64,000 bases of DNA from Clostridia bacterium (lineage in GTDB: Bacteria; Bacillota; Clostridia; Oscillospirales; CAG-272). The notes beneath the pieces are model-generated. The model worked only from the letters and a program-made list of their open reading frames with translations, searched no databases and was not told the DNA's origin. Each line of letters opens with the position of its first letter. Positions within the stretch are counted from its first letter, which is position 1. The stretch is taken from positions 14,180 to 78,179 of the forward strand of contig JAFVWS010000014.1 in NCBI GenBank assembly GCA_017501545.1, written 5' to 3'. Below, piece after piece: positions 26,896 through 36,200 of this stretch. Made by a program: the position numbers and the translations under genes.

Positions 26896-27822
26896 TTAGC
26901 CTAATTTATCTCCAACATTAATCTTTCTTCCGTTTATAAATGAGAGAGCGCTCATCTTGCCCTTGCCCTCTGGCACTACCTCATCAAGTACAATTACTCC
27001 ATCCTTGCATTTTACATATATTCCGCCACTTAAGGAAACGACCTCACCACATTCGCCACCAAAATTTGCGGGGGACGTGTGCGATTTTGTGACCTTTAGG
27101 ATTTTTGAGTCCATAGTTTTTGTAAATGCAACCGGAATTGGGGAAAGCCCCCTTATTTGGTTGTGAACCTCCTTTGCTGATTTGCCAAAATCAATTAAGC
27201 AATCCTGCTTTGTGATTTTCTCAGCATAGGTAAACTCCTCTGGCTGAGGTGTATAGGTCACTTCACCATTTTCATATTTTTCTATTGCCTTTAAAAGCCC
27301 TTGGCTTCCTGCTATGACAAGCTTATCGTGAACTGACTCAAAGTTGTCATTTTCTAAAATATCAACCTCCTCGACAAGAATAACATCTCCTGTGTCAAGG
27401 CCAACGTCCATTTTCATAATGCTAACGCCAGTTTTTTCATCGCCATCCATAATAGCACGCTGAATTGGTGCAGCACCACGATACTTAGGCAAAATTGAAG
27501 CGTGCGCGTTTATACATGCGTATTTTGGAAAATCCAAAACGTATTTTGGCAAAATTTTGCCATATGCAACCACTATTATAAGCTCAGGCTTAAGCTCGTT
27601 TAGTGTGTCTAAAAATGCGCCGTCCTTTAGGGTAAGTGGCTGATAAACCGGCAGTCCCTTTTCAAGGGCATAGCTTTTAACAGGGCTCGGTGTAAGAGTC
27701 ATTCCTCTACCCTTTGGCTTGTCCGGAGTTGTAACTACACCGACAATTTCATGTCCCTTTTCATATATCGCCTTAAGATTGCACATTGCAAACTCAGGCG
27801 TGCCCATAAATAGTATTCTCAT
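26896..27822 (-). CDS. fmt: Methionyl-tRNA formyltransferase
   Basis: 308 aa. MRILFMGTPEFA and INAHASILPKYRGAAPIQ. Confidence 0.95.
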   Translation of the reverse strand: MRILFMGTPEFAMCNLKAIYEKGHEIVGVVTTPDKPKGRGMTLTPSPVKSYALEKGLPVYQPLTLKDGAFLDTLNELKPELIIVVAYGKILPKYVLDFPKYACINAHASILPKYRGAAPIQRAIMDGDEKTGVSIMKMDVGLDTGDVILVEEVDILENDNFESVHDKLVIAGSQGLLKAIEKYENGEVTYTPQPEEFTYAEKITKQDCLIDFGKSAKEVHNQIRGLSPIPVAFTKTMDSKILKVTKSHTSPANFGGECGEVVSLSGGIYVKCKDGVIVLDEVVPEGKGKMSALSFINGRKINVGDKLG

Positions 27823-28289
27823 TCTACCTCATCGGCTCCTAACATTCTTGTAACCTTGTCTGTATATAGTATTCCATCAAGGTGGTCAATCTCGTGGCAC
27901 ATAGCCTTAGCGAGAAGGTCGTAGCCTGTAACCTCAATTTCGTTGCCGTCTCTATCAAGTGCGCGCACGGTTACGCATTGTGGACGCTTTGTCATACCCC
28001 ACTTGCCAGGGAGTGATAAGCATCCCTCAGCCCCCTCTTGTGTGCCTGTTTTTCTTATAATTACCGGATTTATAAACTCAAAAAGCCCTTCACCCGTTTC
28101 AATTACGACAATTCTGCGAAGCACGCCAACCTGAACAGCGGCAAGTCCACAGCCGTTTGCATGGCGCATTGTTTCTACCATATCGTCAAGTAATGTCTTA
28201 ATTCTTGGGGTAATTTCAGTCACCTCACGGCTCTTTTTTCTTAGAAACTCCTCGTTTTCTTCTTCTGTAACTATTTTTAAAACTGCCAT
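27819..28289 (-). CDS. def: Peptide deformylase
   Basis: 156 aa. GCGLAAVQVG, EGCLS and HEIDHL metal motifs. Confidence 0.95.
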   Translation of the reverse strand: MAVLKIVTEEENEEFLRKKSREVTEITPRIKTLLDDMVETMRHANGCGLAAVQVGVLRRIVVIETGEGLFEFINPVIIRKTGTQEGAEGCLSLPGKWGMTKRPQCVTVRALDRDGNEIEVTGYDLLAKAMCHEIDHLDGILYTDKVTRMLGADEVE

Positions 28290-28298
28290 ATTTTCTCC

Positions 28299-30806
28299 TT
28301 ATAAAGAGGACGGATTGAAATCAATCGAGATAAAGCTCTTGTCCCCTCGCTTTGAAAATTCAATATATATTTTTGAAAATAGCTCTCGCAAGCTATTATT
28401 TAATTTGCATTTAATTATAATTCTTTTGCGATATCTTCCTTGTGCCTTATAAATTGGTGCCTCAAACGGGCCATATGCAATGGCTGGAGCGCCAAGCCTT
28501 TTCATTTCGCCCTCAAGGCGCGAAAGAATATCGCGTGAAAATGAGTCAAGCACTCTTTCGTCAATTGATGACATATTAATAAGCGCTATATCACAAAACG
28601 GAGGGAAGCTATATGCCCTTCTTATTTGAATTTCATTTTCATAAAACGCATCGTAGTCCTGTCTTGCTGCAAGCTGTATTGTTTGGTCATTTGGTGAGCT
28701 TGTTTGGATTATGGCAACGCCATGGTCCTTGGCCCTTCCTGCCCTTCCTATAACCTGTGTCAGCATAGAAAAGGTACGCTCTGCAGCGCGAAAATCACTC
28801 GTGTAAAGCATCGTGTCAGCAAGCATAACGCCAACCAAGGTAACAAGTGGGAAATTGTGTCCCTTGGTCACCATTTGGGTGCCTATTAAGGTATCTGCCT
28901 TTTTATCCTTAAAATCGCCTAATATTCTTTCATATGAGGATTTTGAGGTTGTTGTGTCAGCATCAAGACGCAATGTTTTTATGCTTGGAATAAGAGTGGA
29001 TAAAAGCTCCTCTGCCTTTTGGGTGCCAAAGCCAACATAGTTAAAATCGTTTTCTCCACACTTGCATTTTTCTGGGACACGCATACGATATCCACAATAG
29101 TGGCATCGTAACACACCATTCTTTTCGAGCACCGAGTGTGCATTTTCTGCCGTAAGCTCCTCGTCAATTTTTTTATATGAGTGGTAGGTCATAGCAACTG
29201 AGCAATTTGGACACTCCACCGCCTCTCCACAGCTTTGGCAGGTTATTGAGGAGAGATAGCCACGTCTATTCAGGAATAGAATAGACTGCTTTTCATCCTC
29301 CTTTGTGCTGATTAGATATTCAGAGAGCTTAATGCTATAAGGGCTCATATTTCCACGTGCCCTCTCTCTGCGCATATCTGTAATAATTACATCTGGTAGC
29401 GTTGCTGTGCCATATCTTGACATCATTTTTACTAAGGTGTATGTGCCATCCATTGCCTTATAAAAGGACTCAAGCGACGGAGTGGCTGATGCAAGGAGCA
29501 TAAGCGCGCCATTTTTTGCGCATCTGAAGCGTGCAACATCATGTGCGCTATATTTTGGGTTTGTATCGGACTTATAGGTATGCTCCTGCTCCTCGTCAAT
29601 TACTATCATACCTAAATTCTTTATAGGAGCAAAGATTGCTGAGCGAGTGCCGATAACTATGCTTGCCTCGCCCTCTAAAATTCTTTTATATGTATCAAAG
29701 CGCTCACCTGCGGAAAGTGATGAGTGAATAACTGCAACCCTATCCTTATAGTAAGAGCAAAACGTTGATACGGTTTGTGGGGTAAGTGAAATTTCTGGCA
29801 CGAGTATAATTACACCCCTGCCGTCATTTATTACCTCGTCAATCATCTTTTTAATTACACTTGTTTTTCCACTTCCAGTAACGCCATATAGAAGCGCCCC
29901 CTTGGGCTCATGCGTGGAATAAAGCGTGCGCAAGGTATTAAAGGCCTCGGCTTGAACATCATTTAGCTTAATTTCCTCTGCTTTCTTCTCGCCATCCTTC
30001 AAAAAGGCGTACGGGTCCCTTGTTAGCTCAATTTTATAGGTGGATATAAGCGCCTTTTCTTTAAGCGCGTCGAGATGACTTTTTTGCGCGCCGGCTTCCT
30101 CATAAATCTGCTTATCGGTTAGCTCATCATATTCGCAAAGAAGCTTAAGAATTTCACATTGCTTAGGGCTTCTTAGCTTTATTGCACCTTGACCTGTGGC
30201 AATAAGAAGCGCCTCATCCTTGGAAACAGCAAGAGTAGCCCTTGTTTCATACTTATTCTTGTCCTCTTCCTTAATGTACGTTTCCTTTTTAATTGCACCC
30301 AAGCGAATGAGCCTTGAAAGATAAAGCTCAGCATTTTGGAACTTATCATATATTTTTTTGTCAGTTGCACCCTCGTTGGAAAGAACGTATTCATAAATTT
30401 CCTTTTCCTGTGGGTTAAGGCTTTTTTCAACCTGGTTGGCAAAGTATCTTTCCCTTGTTTTTGTCATAATTGCAGAGGGGATAATTGACTTTACCGCCTC
30501 GCCAACAGTGCATAAGGTACGGCTTTTTAAAAAGATACAAAGCTCAAGCATTTCACTGCTTAGCTTTAGGTATGAGGATAAAACCGAAGCAATCGGCTTT
30601 ATAAGTGAGCTGTTTTCGTCTATGTGAGCTACATTTATATCATTTACTATCGCGCCCTTGTGTCTGTTTGCGCGACCAAAGGGCACAACAACCATAGTGC
30701 CCCTATCAATGGAATGGCGAAAATCGAATGGAACGTAATAGGTATATTCGCAGTCGGCGTGATATGGCACGTCAAGAATATGAACCTTTATATACTCGCC
30801 GCACAT
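28299..30806 (-). CDS. priA: Primosomal replication-restart helicase PriA
   Basis: 835 aa. GVTGSGKT, VIDEEQE and the Cys-rich zinc-binding insert (CQSCGEAVECPNC...CHYCG). Confidence 0.93.
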   Translation of the reverse strand: MCGEYIKVHILDVPYHADCEYTYYVPFDFRHSIDRGTMVVVPFGRANRHKGAIVNDINVAHIDENSSLIKPIASVLSSYLKLSSEMLELCIFLKSRTLCTVGEAVKSIIPSAIMTKTRERYFANQVEKSLNPQEKEIYEYVLSNEGATDKKIYDKFQNAELYLSRLIRLGAIKKETYIKEEDKNKYETRATLAVSKDEALLIATGQGAIKLRSPKQCEILKLLCEYDELTDKQIYEEAGAQKSHLDALKEKALISTYKIELTRDPYAFLKDGEKKAEEIKLNDVQAEAFNTLRTLYSTHEPKGALLYGVTGSGKTSVIKKMIDEVINDGRGVIILVPEISLTPQTVSTFCSYYKDRVAVIHSSLSAGERFDTYKRILEGEASIVIGTRSAIFAPIKNLGMIVIDEEQEHTYKSDTNPKYSAHDVARFRCAKNGALMLLASATPSLESFYKAMDGTYTLVKMMSRYGTATLPDVIITDMRRERARGNMSPYSIKLSEYLISTKEDEKQSILFLNRRGYLSSITCQSCGEAVECPNCSVAMTYHSYKKIDEELTAENAHSVLEKNGVLRCHYCGYRMRVPEKCKCGENDFNYVGFGTQKAEELLSTLIPSIKTLRLDADTTTSKSSYERILGDFKDKKADTLIGTQMVTKGHNFPLVTLVGVMLADTMLYTSDFRAAERTFSMLTQVIGRAGRAKDHGVAIIQTSSPNDQTIQLAARQDYDAFYENEIQIRRAYSFPPFCDIALINMSSIDERVLDSFSRDILSRLEGEMKRLGAPAIAYGPFEAPIYKAQGRYRKRIIIKCKLNNSLRELFSKIYIEFSKRGDKSFISIDFNPSSL

Positions 30807-30834
30807 ATCAAAGCACCTCCGTTTTACTTTCTAA

Positions 30835-31323
30835 TTATTCAGCATCCTCAACTGTATATCCAGTATCGTCATCAAATACGGTTGTAGCACCCATTAATTC
30901 CTCGGTGCTAACCTCTTCTTCATCTTCAAAATCGTCGAAGTCCTCGTCTTCCTCATTTTCAGCCTTTGATACTGGCTTAACATATACAGGCTCCTCCTTT
31001 GGCTCAACGTAGTCCTTAATCTCTACCATTGAATCCTCATAGCCCTCCTCACCAGGAAGATAAACCTCAAACTCACCATTTTTCATTTCTCTTAGTGCGT
31101 TCTTTACGCTCTTTTCATCCTTGTATTCCTTCTTAACAGTTGTAGCTACATCACCACCATCCTTGCTAATCTTTTTGTTAGCATAGTAGCTTTGCTCAGC
31201 ATACTCGTTAGTAATAACACGCGCACACTTAGCAGTAACCATAGTGATTGAATATTTGTTTAATCTTTCCTTGCCGTCCTTTTCGGTAGCCTTTAAAAGT
31301 TCTTGAATTGATGGATAAAGCAT
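30835..31323 (-). CDS. rpoZ: RNA polymerase omega subunit with long acidic C-terminal extension
   Basis: N-terminus MLYPSIQELL...NKYSITMVTAKCARVI fits the omega core. Sits next to gmk as in B. subtilis. 162 aa, ending in ENEEDEDFDDFEDEEE. Confidence 0.8.
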   Translation of the reverse strand: MLYPSIQELLKATEKDGKERLNKYSITMVTAKCARVITNEYAEQSYYANKKISKDGGDVATTVKKEYKDEKSVKNALREMKNGEFEVYLPGEEGYEDSMVEIKDYVEPKEEPVYVKPVSKAENEEDEDFDDFEDEEEVSTEELMGATTVFDDDTGYTVEDAE

Positions 31324-31340
31324 TTCTTTTCTCCTTTTGC

Positions 31341-31946
31341 TTAAATAAATTTTTCTATAATTGTTTTTGTGTAAGCTGTTCTTTGATGCTCTGACTCAAT
31401 AATTTTATAAATTTTTTCAGCGCATTTATCGATTAGTCCGTCCTCATTAACAACGGAATAATCATACTGTGGCAAAAGCATTATTTCTTCCTTTGCCCTT
31501 TCAAGACGCCACTTAATTACCTCCTCGGTTTCCGTGCCACGTCCTCTTAGGCGTGCCTCAAGCACTTCCTTGTTTGGGGGAGTTAGCATAATAGCGACTG
31601 AATCCTTAATTTTTTCTTTTATTTGCATTGCTCCTGCAACCTCAATTTCAAGGATAACGTCCTTGCCAGCCTCCATAGCCTCAAGCACTTCCTTTTCAGG
31701 TGTCCCATAGTAGTTTTCGTTATAGGTTGCATATTCAAGCATTTTGCCGTTTTCAATTCTTTTCTCAAATTCTTCCTTCGAGATAAAGTGATAATGTACC
31801 CCGTTTTCCTCGTTTGGTCTTGGACTTCTTGTCGTTGCGGATATTGAGAGGGTGATTTCGGGGTGGGCCTCAAGCAAGGCGTTTACTACTGTGCCCTTAC
31901 CACTGCCTGCTGGGCCTGAAATGATAAATAATAAGCCTTTTCTCAT
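31341..31946 (-). CDS. gmk: Guanylate kinase
   Basis: 201 aa. P-loop GPAGSGKGT and ISATTRSPRPNEENGVHYHF. Confidence 0.95.
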   Translation of the reverse strand: MRKGLLFIISGPAGSGKGTVVNALLEAHPEITLSISATTRSPRPNEENGVHYHFISKEEFEKRIENGKMLEYATYNENYYGTPEKEVLEAMEAGKDVILEIEVAGAMQIKEKIKDSVAIMLTPPNKEVLEARLRGRGTETEEVIKWRLERAKEEIMLLPQYDYSVVNEDGLIDKCAEKIYKIIESEHQRTAYTKTIIEKFI

Positions 31947-31948
31947 TT

Positions 31949-32206
31949 CTATACTCCATTATTGTCAGTTTTATTTTCGTTTAATCTACTTGCAAGCGCC
32001 TCGCTTGACAAGGCGCAAAGCACAACGTGGTCGGAATCTGTAATTATGACTGACTTGGTTTTTCTTCCCCCCGTGCAGTCAATAATTCTTGATGTCTCCT
32101 TTGCCTCTGAAACAATTCTTTTGGCAGGGGCGGATTCAGGAGAAACGATAGCGACAATACGTGCATCAAGTATCATATTATTAAAGCCTAAATTCACAAA
32201 TTTCAT
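31949..32206 (-). CDS. remA: DUF370 protein / RemA-type regulator
   Basis: 85 aa. NLGFNNMILDARIVAIVSPESAPAKR. Conserved position between the yicC-like gene and gmk. Confidence 0.88.
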   Translation of the reverse strand: MKFVNLGFNNMILDARIVAIVSPESAPAKRIVSEAKETSRIIDCTGGRKTKSVIITDSDHVVLCALSSEALASRLNENKTDNNGV

Positions 32207-32211
32207 AGCGC

Positions 32212-33099
32212 TTACTCGATATTTTGAATTTGCTCTCTAATTTTTTCAAGCTCGTTTTTAATGTTAACAACCAAATGTGCAGTTTCGGTATTTGAAGCCT
32301 TTGAGCCGATTGTGTTTGTCTCGCGGTTCATTTCCTGAAGTAGGAAATCAAGCTTCCTTCCCGCAGGCTCATTTGAGCTTACTATATCCTCAAATGCATC
32401 GAAGTGGCTATTAAGCCTTACAAGCTCCTCATCGATTGCAACCTTATCCGCAAAAATTGCAACCTCGGTGAGTATTCTTTGCTCGTCAATTTGGACGGAG
32501 TTATCATTTAGGAATTTCAAAATTCTTTCCTCAAGCTTACTTGCATAGCCCTTAATATCGCTTTCGGAATTCTTTTCTATTACCTTTAAGAAGCCCTTGA
32601 TGTTTTCAATCTTTTCAGCGATATTTTTGTGAAGGTTTTTGCCCTCCTCCTCACGTCTTTCAAGGAAGGTGTCAAGCGCCTTGTCAAGCACAAGCTTAAT
32701 ATCTGCCCAATCCTTTTCAATGTCATCCTCAGGCTTTTTTACTGTAAATACGTCCTTGTTCATTGCCACGCGAGAAACGGTAATATCATCCTTTAAATCA
32801 AACGTATCGCGAAGCTTTTTAAGTGCATCTATATATGATTTTGCATAGGCAGTATCAAGGTTTATCTCAACCCCGTCCTGCTCCAAGAGATCGACAGAAA
32901 CATAAACCTCAACCTTACCACGAGAAATGCCCTTTTCTTGTAGGTATTTTTTAATTTTGTCCTCTAAAAAGCTATATAGCTTTGTGATTTTCACTGTGCA
33001 GTCAAAGTATCTGTTGTTTACGGATTTTATTTCCGCTGTGATATCCTTTGATGCAACAGTCTCTCTTGCTCTGCCAAAGGCAGTCATACTTCTAAACAT
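32212..33099 (-). CDS. yicC: YicC/YloC family stress-induced protein
   Basis: Starts MFRSMTAFGRA, the typical YicC N-terminus, with AAGGACGGA RBS. The longer track ORF (to 33153) would begin inside the predicted promoter. Confidence 0.88.
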   Translation of the reverse strand: MFRSMTAFGRARETVASKDITAEIKSVNNRYFDCTVKITKLYSFLEDKIKKYLQEKGISRGKVEVYVSVDLLEQDGVEINLDTAYAKSYIDALKKLRDTFDLKDDITVSRVAMNKDVFTVKKPEDDIEKDWADIKLVLDKALDTFLERREEEGKNLHKNIAEKIENIKGFLKVIEKNSESDIKGYASKLEERILKFLNDNSVQIDEQRILTEVAIFADKVAIDEELVRLNSHFDAFEDIVSSNEPAGRKLDFLLQEMNRETNTIGSKASNTETAHLVVNIKNELEKIREQIQNIE

Positions 33100-33147
33100 A
33101 ATTTTCCGTCCTTTATAATACGCGCGTTGTGCTTGCGCGCTATATTT

Positions 33148-33177
33148 ATACATAATAATTGTACATTATATAGTAAA
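33148..33177 (-). promoter_or_regulatory. Sigma-A promoter TTGACA-18-TACAAT for yicC-remA-gmk-rpoZ
   Basis: Reverse complement reads TTGACAaagctttactatataatgTACAAT. Confidence 0.5.
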
Positions 33178-33216
33178 GCTTTGTCAACTTTTTAAGTCAA
33201 TTATTGTATACATAAA

Positions 33217-33247
33217 CAAAAACACAGCTAAATAGCTGTGTTTTTTA
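33217..33247. terminator. Rho-independent terminator after the membrane-protein gene (bidirectional shape)
   Basis: AAAAACACAGC-TAAATA-GCTGTGTTTTTT. Confidence 0.8.
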
Positions 33248-33269
33248 GTGCATTTTGTATATTATAATA

Positions 33270-33791
33270 TTATTTAAAAAACTTATCAATTCTAAGCTGG
33301 CCTCTAAGCTTAAAACGATAATAGCGTCTAAACCTTACTATTAGCATTTCAAAAAGAATTACTGTCACTATAAACATTGCAACGTAAATTGCAAGCATAT
33401 ATGGCTTTTCGGCAGTTGATGGCACAAGCAAATACATAACCACAACCGTAACAAGGCTTGCAACCACAGTGTAAACGCCCTTTAGTATGTAGCCTATTAC
33501 ATTAGGTAGCTTATCAAAGAGTGGCTTTATAAGTGGGTATAGCGCAAATATTGTATACTCTGCTGCTGGCAACGGGCTTTTAAAAAATGCAAAGCAAAAT
33601 GATATTATTATCGTTGCAAAGTATACCAAGATTGACTTCCACCTTAATTCCTCAAATGCAACGAGAACCAAAAGCGAGGCAAGGACTGCCGCTGTAATAT
33701 CAAGTACACCAATGATTGTGCCGATAAATAGCGACACAACGCTAAGTGCGGTAATGATGCCTAAAAAGGCAACCTCTCTTGCTTTTTTCAT
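33270..33791 (-). CDS. Hypothetical integral membrane protein (about 5 TM)
   Basis: 173 aa and highly hydrophobic, with a basic C-terminus RFRRYYRFKLRGQLRIDKFFK. Only 2 nt separate it from the upstream J-domain gene. Confidence 0.65.
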   Translation of the reverse strand: MKKAREVAFLGIITALSVVSLFIGTIIGVLDITAAVLASLLVLVAFEELRWKSILVYFATIIISFCFAFFKSPLPAAEYTIFALYPLIKPLFDKLPNVIGYILKGVYTVVASLVTVVVMYLLVPSTAEKPYMLAIYVAMFIVTVILFEMLIVRFRRYYRFKLRGQLRIDKFFK

Positions 33792-33793
33792 AA

Positions 33794-34381
33794 CTATCTA
33801 CATAGACAGTCAAGGCAGATTAAGCATGAGCAAATGTCGCAAATGCTACATCCCATCCCCTGTCTTGAGCTTGGATTTCCATACGCGTTTGATTGTGCAT
33901 TTAGGTTATCACGCAGTGTGGTATATTCTTCGTTATTAGGGTCAAGCTCACAAGCGCGATTAATATATCTCATCGCATCAAATTGATAGCCACTGTGAAG
34001 CAAAACACAGCCCTTTAAGAAGAACCACTCAGCATCACGATTGTATTGCTCAATCGAGTTAAGCATCTCTTCGGCAGACTTGAAATCGCCCATATTAATT
34101 GCTTGTCTGATTTTAGCAAATGGTGAACCGTATGCGCCATAATTTGTGCGACCTGTGTCGCTATTTTGATGCGTTTTGCCATTTTTCTCGTCAATTCTTT
34201 GACGCAAAATCTGGTCGTATGCAGAGTTGATTTCCTTCATTTTTTCCTCTGCCATATCGGCAAGAGGGCTATCAACATAGTTGTCAGGATGGTATTTTTT
34301 TGCAAGAGCCCTATATGCGTCTCTTACCTCCTCGTTAGTTGCCGAGGGGGAAACACCAAGCACCTCATATGGATTTTTCAT
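33794..34381 (-). CDS. J-domain protein with TPR-like middle region and polycysteine C-terminus
   Basis: 195 aa. J domain NPYEVLGVSPSATNEEVRDAYRALAKKYHPD, a TPR-like segment (AEWFFLKGCVLLHSGYQFDAMRYINRACELDPNN), and the tail GMGCSICDICSCLICLDCLCR. Confidence 0.85.
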   Translation of the reverse strand: MKNPYEVLGVSPSATNEEVRDAYRALAKKYHPDNYVDSPLADMAEEKMKEINSAYDQILRQRIDEKNGKTHQNSDTGRTNYGAYGSPFAKIRQAINMGDFKSAEEMLNSIEQYNRDAEWFFLKGCVLLHSGYQFDAMRYINRACELDPNNEEYTTLRDNLNAQSNAYGNPSSRQGMGCSICDICSCLICLDCLCR

Positions 34382-34495
34382 CAGGCGTCCTCCATTTGAA
34401 ATATTTTCTATATTTTAGCACAGATTAAATTTAAAGTAAATAGAAAAGTGAAACTTTGAGATTATTTTCATCATCTTTTCAGCTTGCTTTCAAAA

Positions 34496-35362
34496 TTACT
34501 TCTTGTTTTCCTTCTTTTTGCCGAGAATGATTCTTTCAATTTCATTAGGCAAGCCTATGTAAACGATATTCTTTATGATTCTTTCAACATCACGGCATTT
34601 TGAAAAGTCGATAAGCTCCACTCCCCGTGACATCTTCTCGAGCTCAAGTGTCATTGCACACTTAAGCATTGATTTGGTATTTTCTGTAAGCTCGTCTCCA
34701 AAGGCATTTTTCAAAACATTAAAGGAGCCACTTTTTAAATCGCTTTTGTAGTCATCAACTGCGTCCATTACGTAAATAAGCTTACCAAGATGGAAGCCTA
34801 TATCGTAAAGTAGCCTTTGCTCTACACCCTCTAAGCCATAAGAGGCGATATTACCAAGTAGCTCACCAGAGGTGCTTGCGGTTTCATCAATTGAATCAGA
34901 CCCGTTTTCCTCAAGCCTTGACAACGCATCAATTGAGGAGATAATTTTAGCTTCGAGTTCCTTATGGCTTTTATCAGTTTTTTTGAAAAATATCGACACA
35001 GTCCCCGCTATTTTTGCTTTTAGCTTAGCAAAGCCCTTACTATCCTTAACGTTGTCCTTAAGCTTTAGACGAGTTAGCAAAACAGTGGCTCTTGAGCTGT
35101 ATTTTAGAGAGTCATTTGGCTCAAGCATTAGTCTTCTTTTGAAGGGGTGAACCCCACAATGTCTTTTTTTAACTGTGACCTCGTCGCCATCCACAGCCAT
35201 GCGAGTAAGTGCAAGGAAAACAAAATCGTAGTTTAATGCAATTTTTGAAAAGCAACCTGTTGTTTTTCCCATAGTGCGACAAAGTCCACAATAGGCCGCC
35301 TTATATAGCTCATGATCCTTCACCATAAGGTCAGGAATACACGGACGTACATAACCAAACAT
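34496..35362 (-). CDS. DUF5685-like protein
   Basis: 288 aa. N-terminus MFGYVRPCIPDLMVKDHELYKAAYCGLCRTMGK matches my recollection of the DUF5685 family signature (MFGYV..., YCGLC). Confidence 0.7.
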   Translation of the reverse strand: MFGYVRPCIPDLMVKDHELYKAAYCGLCRTMGKTTGCFSKIALNYDFVFLALTRMAVDGDEVTVKKRHCGVHPFKRRLMLEPNDSLKYSSRATVLLTRLKLKDNVKDSKGFAKLKAKIAGTVSIFFKKTDKSHKELEAKIISSIDALSRLEENGSDSIDETASTSGELLGNIASYGLEGVEQRLLYDIGFHLGKLIYVMDAVDDYKSDLKSGSFNVLKNAFGDELTENTKSMLKCAMTLELEKMSRGVELIDFSKCRDVERIIKNIVYIGLPNEIERIILGKKKENKK

Positions 35363-35393
35363 ATTTTTCCTCCTTGCAATTTATTACTCTATT

Positions 35394-35422
35394 ATTTTAC
35401 TACTTTTGTTCATAATTTGCAA
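35394..35422 (-). promoter_or_regulatory. Sigma-A-type promoter TTGCAA-17-TAAAAT for the DUF5685 gene
   Basis: Reverse complement reads TTGCAAattatgaacaaaagtagTAAAAT, about 30 nt upstream of the ATG. Confidence 0.5.
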
Positions 35423-35430
35423 GTCTATAT

Positions 35431-35474
35431 AAAAAATTAACAGGGTGCTTTTTCTCATATCCTCTTTCACCCTG
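35431..35474 (-). terminator. Possible terminator after spoIIR
   Basis: CAGGGTG/CACCCTG stem with a large 20-nt loop, followed on the minus strand by TTAATTTTTT. Confidence 0.4.
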
Positions 35475-35527
35475 CAATTTTTGTTGATTTTTACAATTTT
35501 GTTGCGACACGTGTCTAATTTTCGATA

Positions 35528-36130
35528 TTAATAATCGATTCCGGCAACACTCGCAGCGAGCTCTAACAGCTTGAATTTAACCTTGTATTTGCCAGAGCTT
35601 TGTGTTATTAAATCATACTGCTCCTTTGTCAGACCTACATCTATATAAGCGTCCTCATAGGAAAGCGCGCCCTCACGACAGAGTGGTGGATACAAGACAC
35701 ACCACCAGTTTTCTCCATCACCATCACCTATTACCACTCTTACAGAATTATAATTACCAGCAGGCAAGCAAAAATCATCATAATACCTTGTTGGGTAGCT
35801 TTCCTCGCCTATCTCTATCGAGACGTCATAGCTTTTTCCATTTGCTCTAATTTCTGTCTCTGCAATCTTTTCTAACTCACCTTTACACTCCTTAAGGACG
35901 TAAAATGCCTCTTCCTTGCTTGTCACATCATATTCATTGATTTTATCAAGCACCTTATCTCTTACCTTAAGCTTTAGGCTTTGGTCCTCGTCGCTGTTTG
36001 AATTTGCTATTACATGTAGCCTTACGAACGAGTCGTATATTTCTGCTTCCTCAGCTGTAGGTATAACCGCGCTAAGGACAAAAAACGTTGCTATACATGC
36101 AAGTATTGTTGCTATTACCTTCATTTTCAT
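35528..36130 (-). CDS. spoIIR: Stage II sporulation protein R
   Basis: 200 aa. N-terminal signal/anchor, RLHVIANSNSDEDQSLKLKVRDKVL, and NWWCVLYPPLC. Confidence 0.92.
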   Translation of the reverse strand: MKMKVIATILACIATFFVLSAVIPTAEEAEIYDSFVRLHVIANSNSDEDQSLKLKVRDKVLDKINEYDVTSKEEAFYVLKECKGELEKIAETEIRANGKSYDVSIEIGEESYPTRYYDDFCLPAGNYNSVRVVIGDGDGENWWCVLYPPLCREGALSYEDAYIDVGLTKEQYDLITQSSGKYKVKFKLLELAASVAGIDY

Positions 36131-36146
36131 TCCTCCAATTTTGTTT

Positions 36147-36175
36147 ATTATTTTCCTAAAAAGTAAATACTATTC
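36147..36175 (-). promoter_or_regulatory. Possible forespore sigma-F-type promoter (GAATA-14-GGAAAATAAT) for spoIIR
   Basis: Reverse complement reads GAATAgtatttactttttaGGAAAATAAT, about 17 nt before the ATG. Only a loose match to my recollection of the sigma-F consensus (GYATA ... GGnnAnAnT). Confidence 0.3.
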
Positions 36176-36200
36176 AGTAAATAAAGAAAAAATAACCGAC

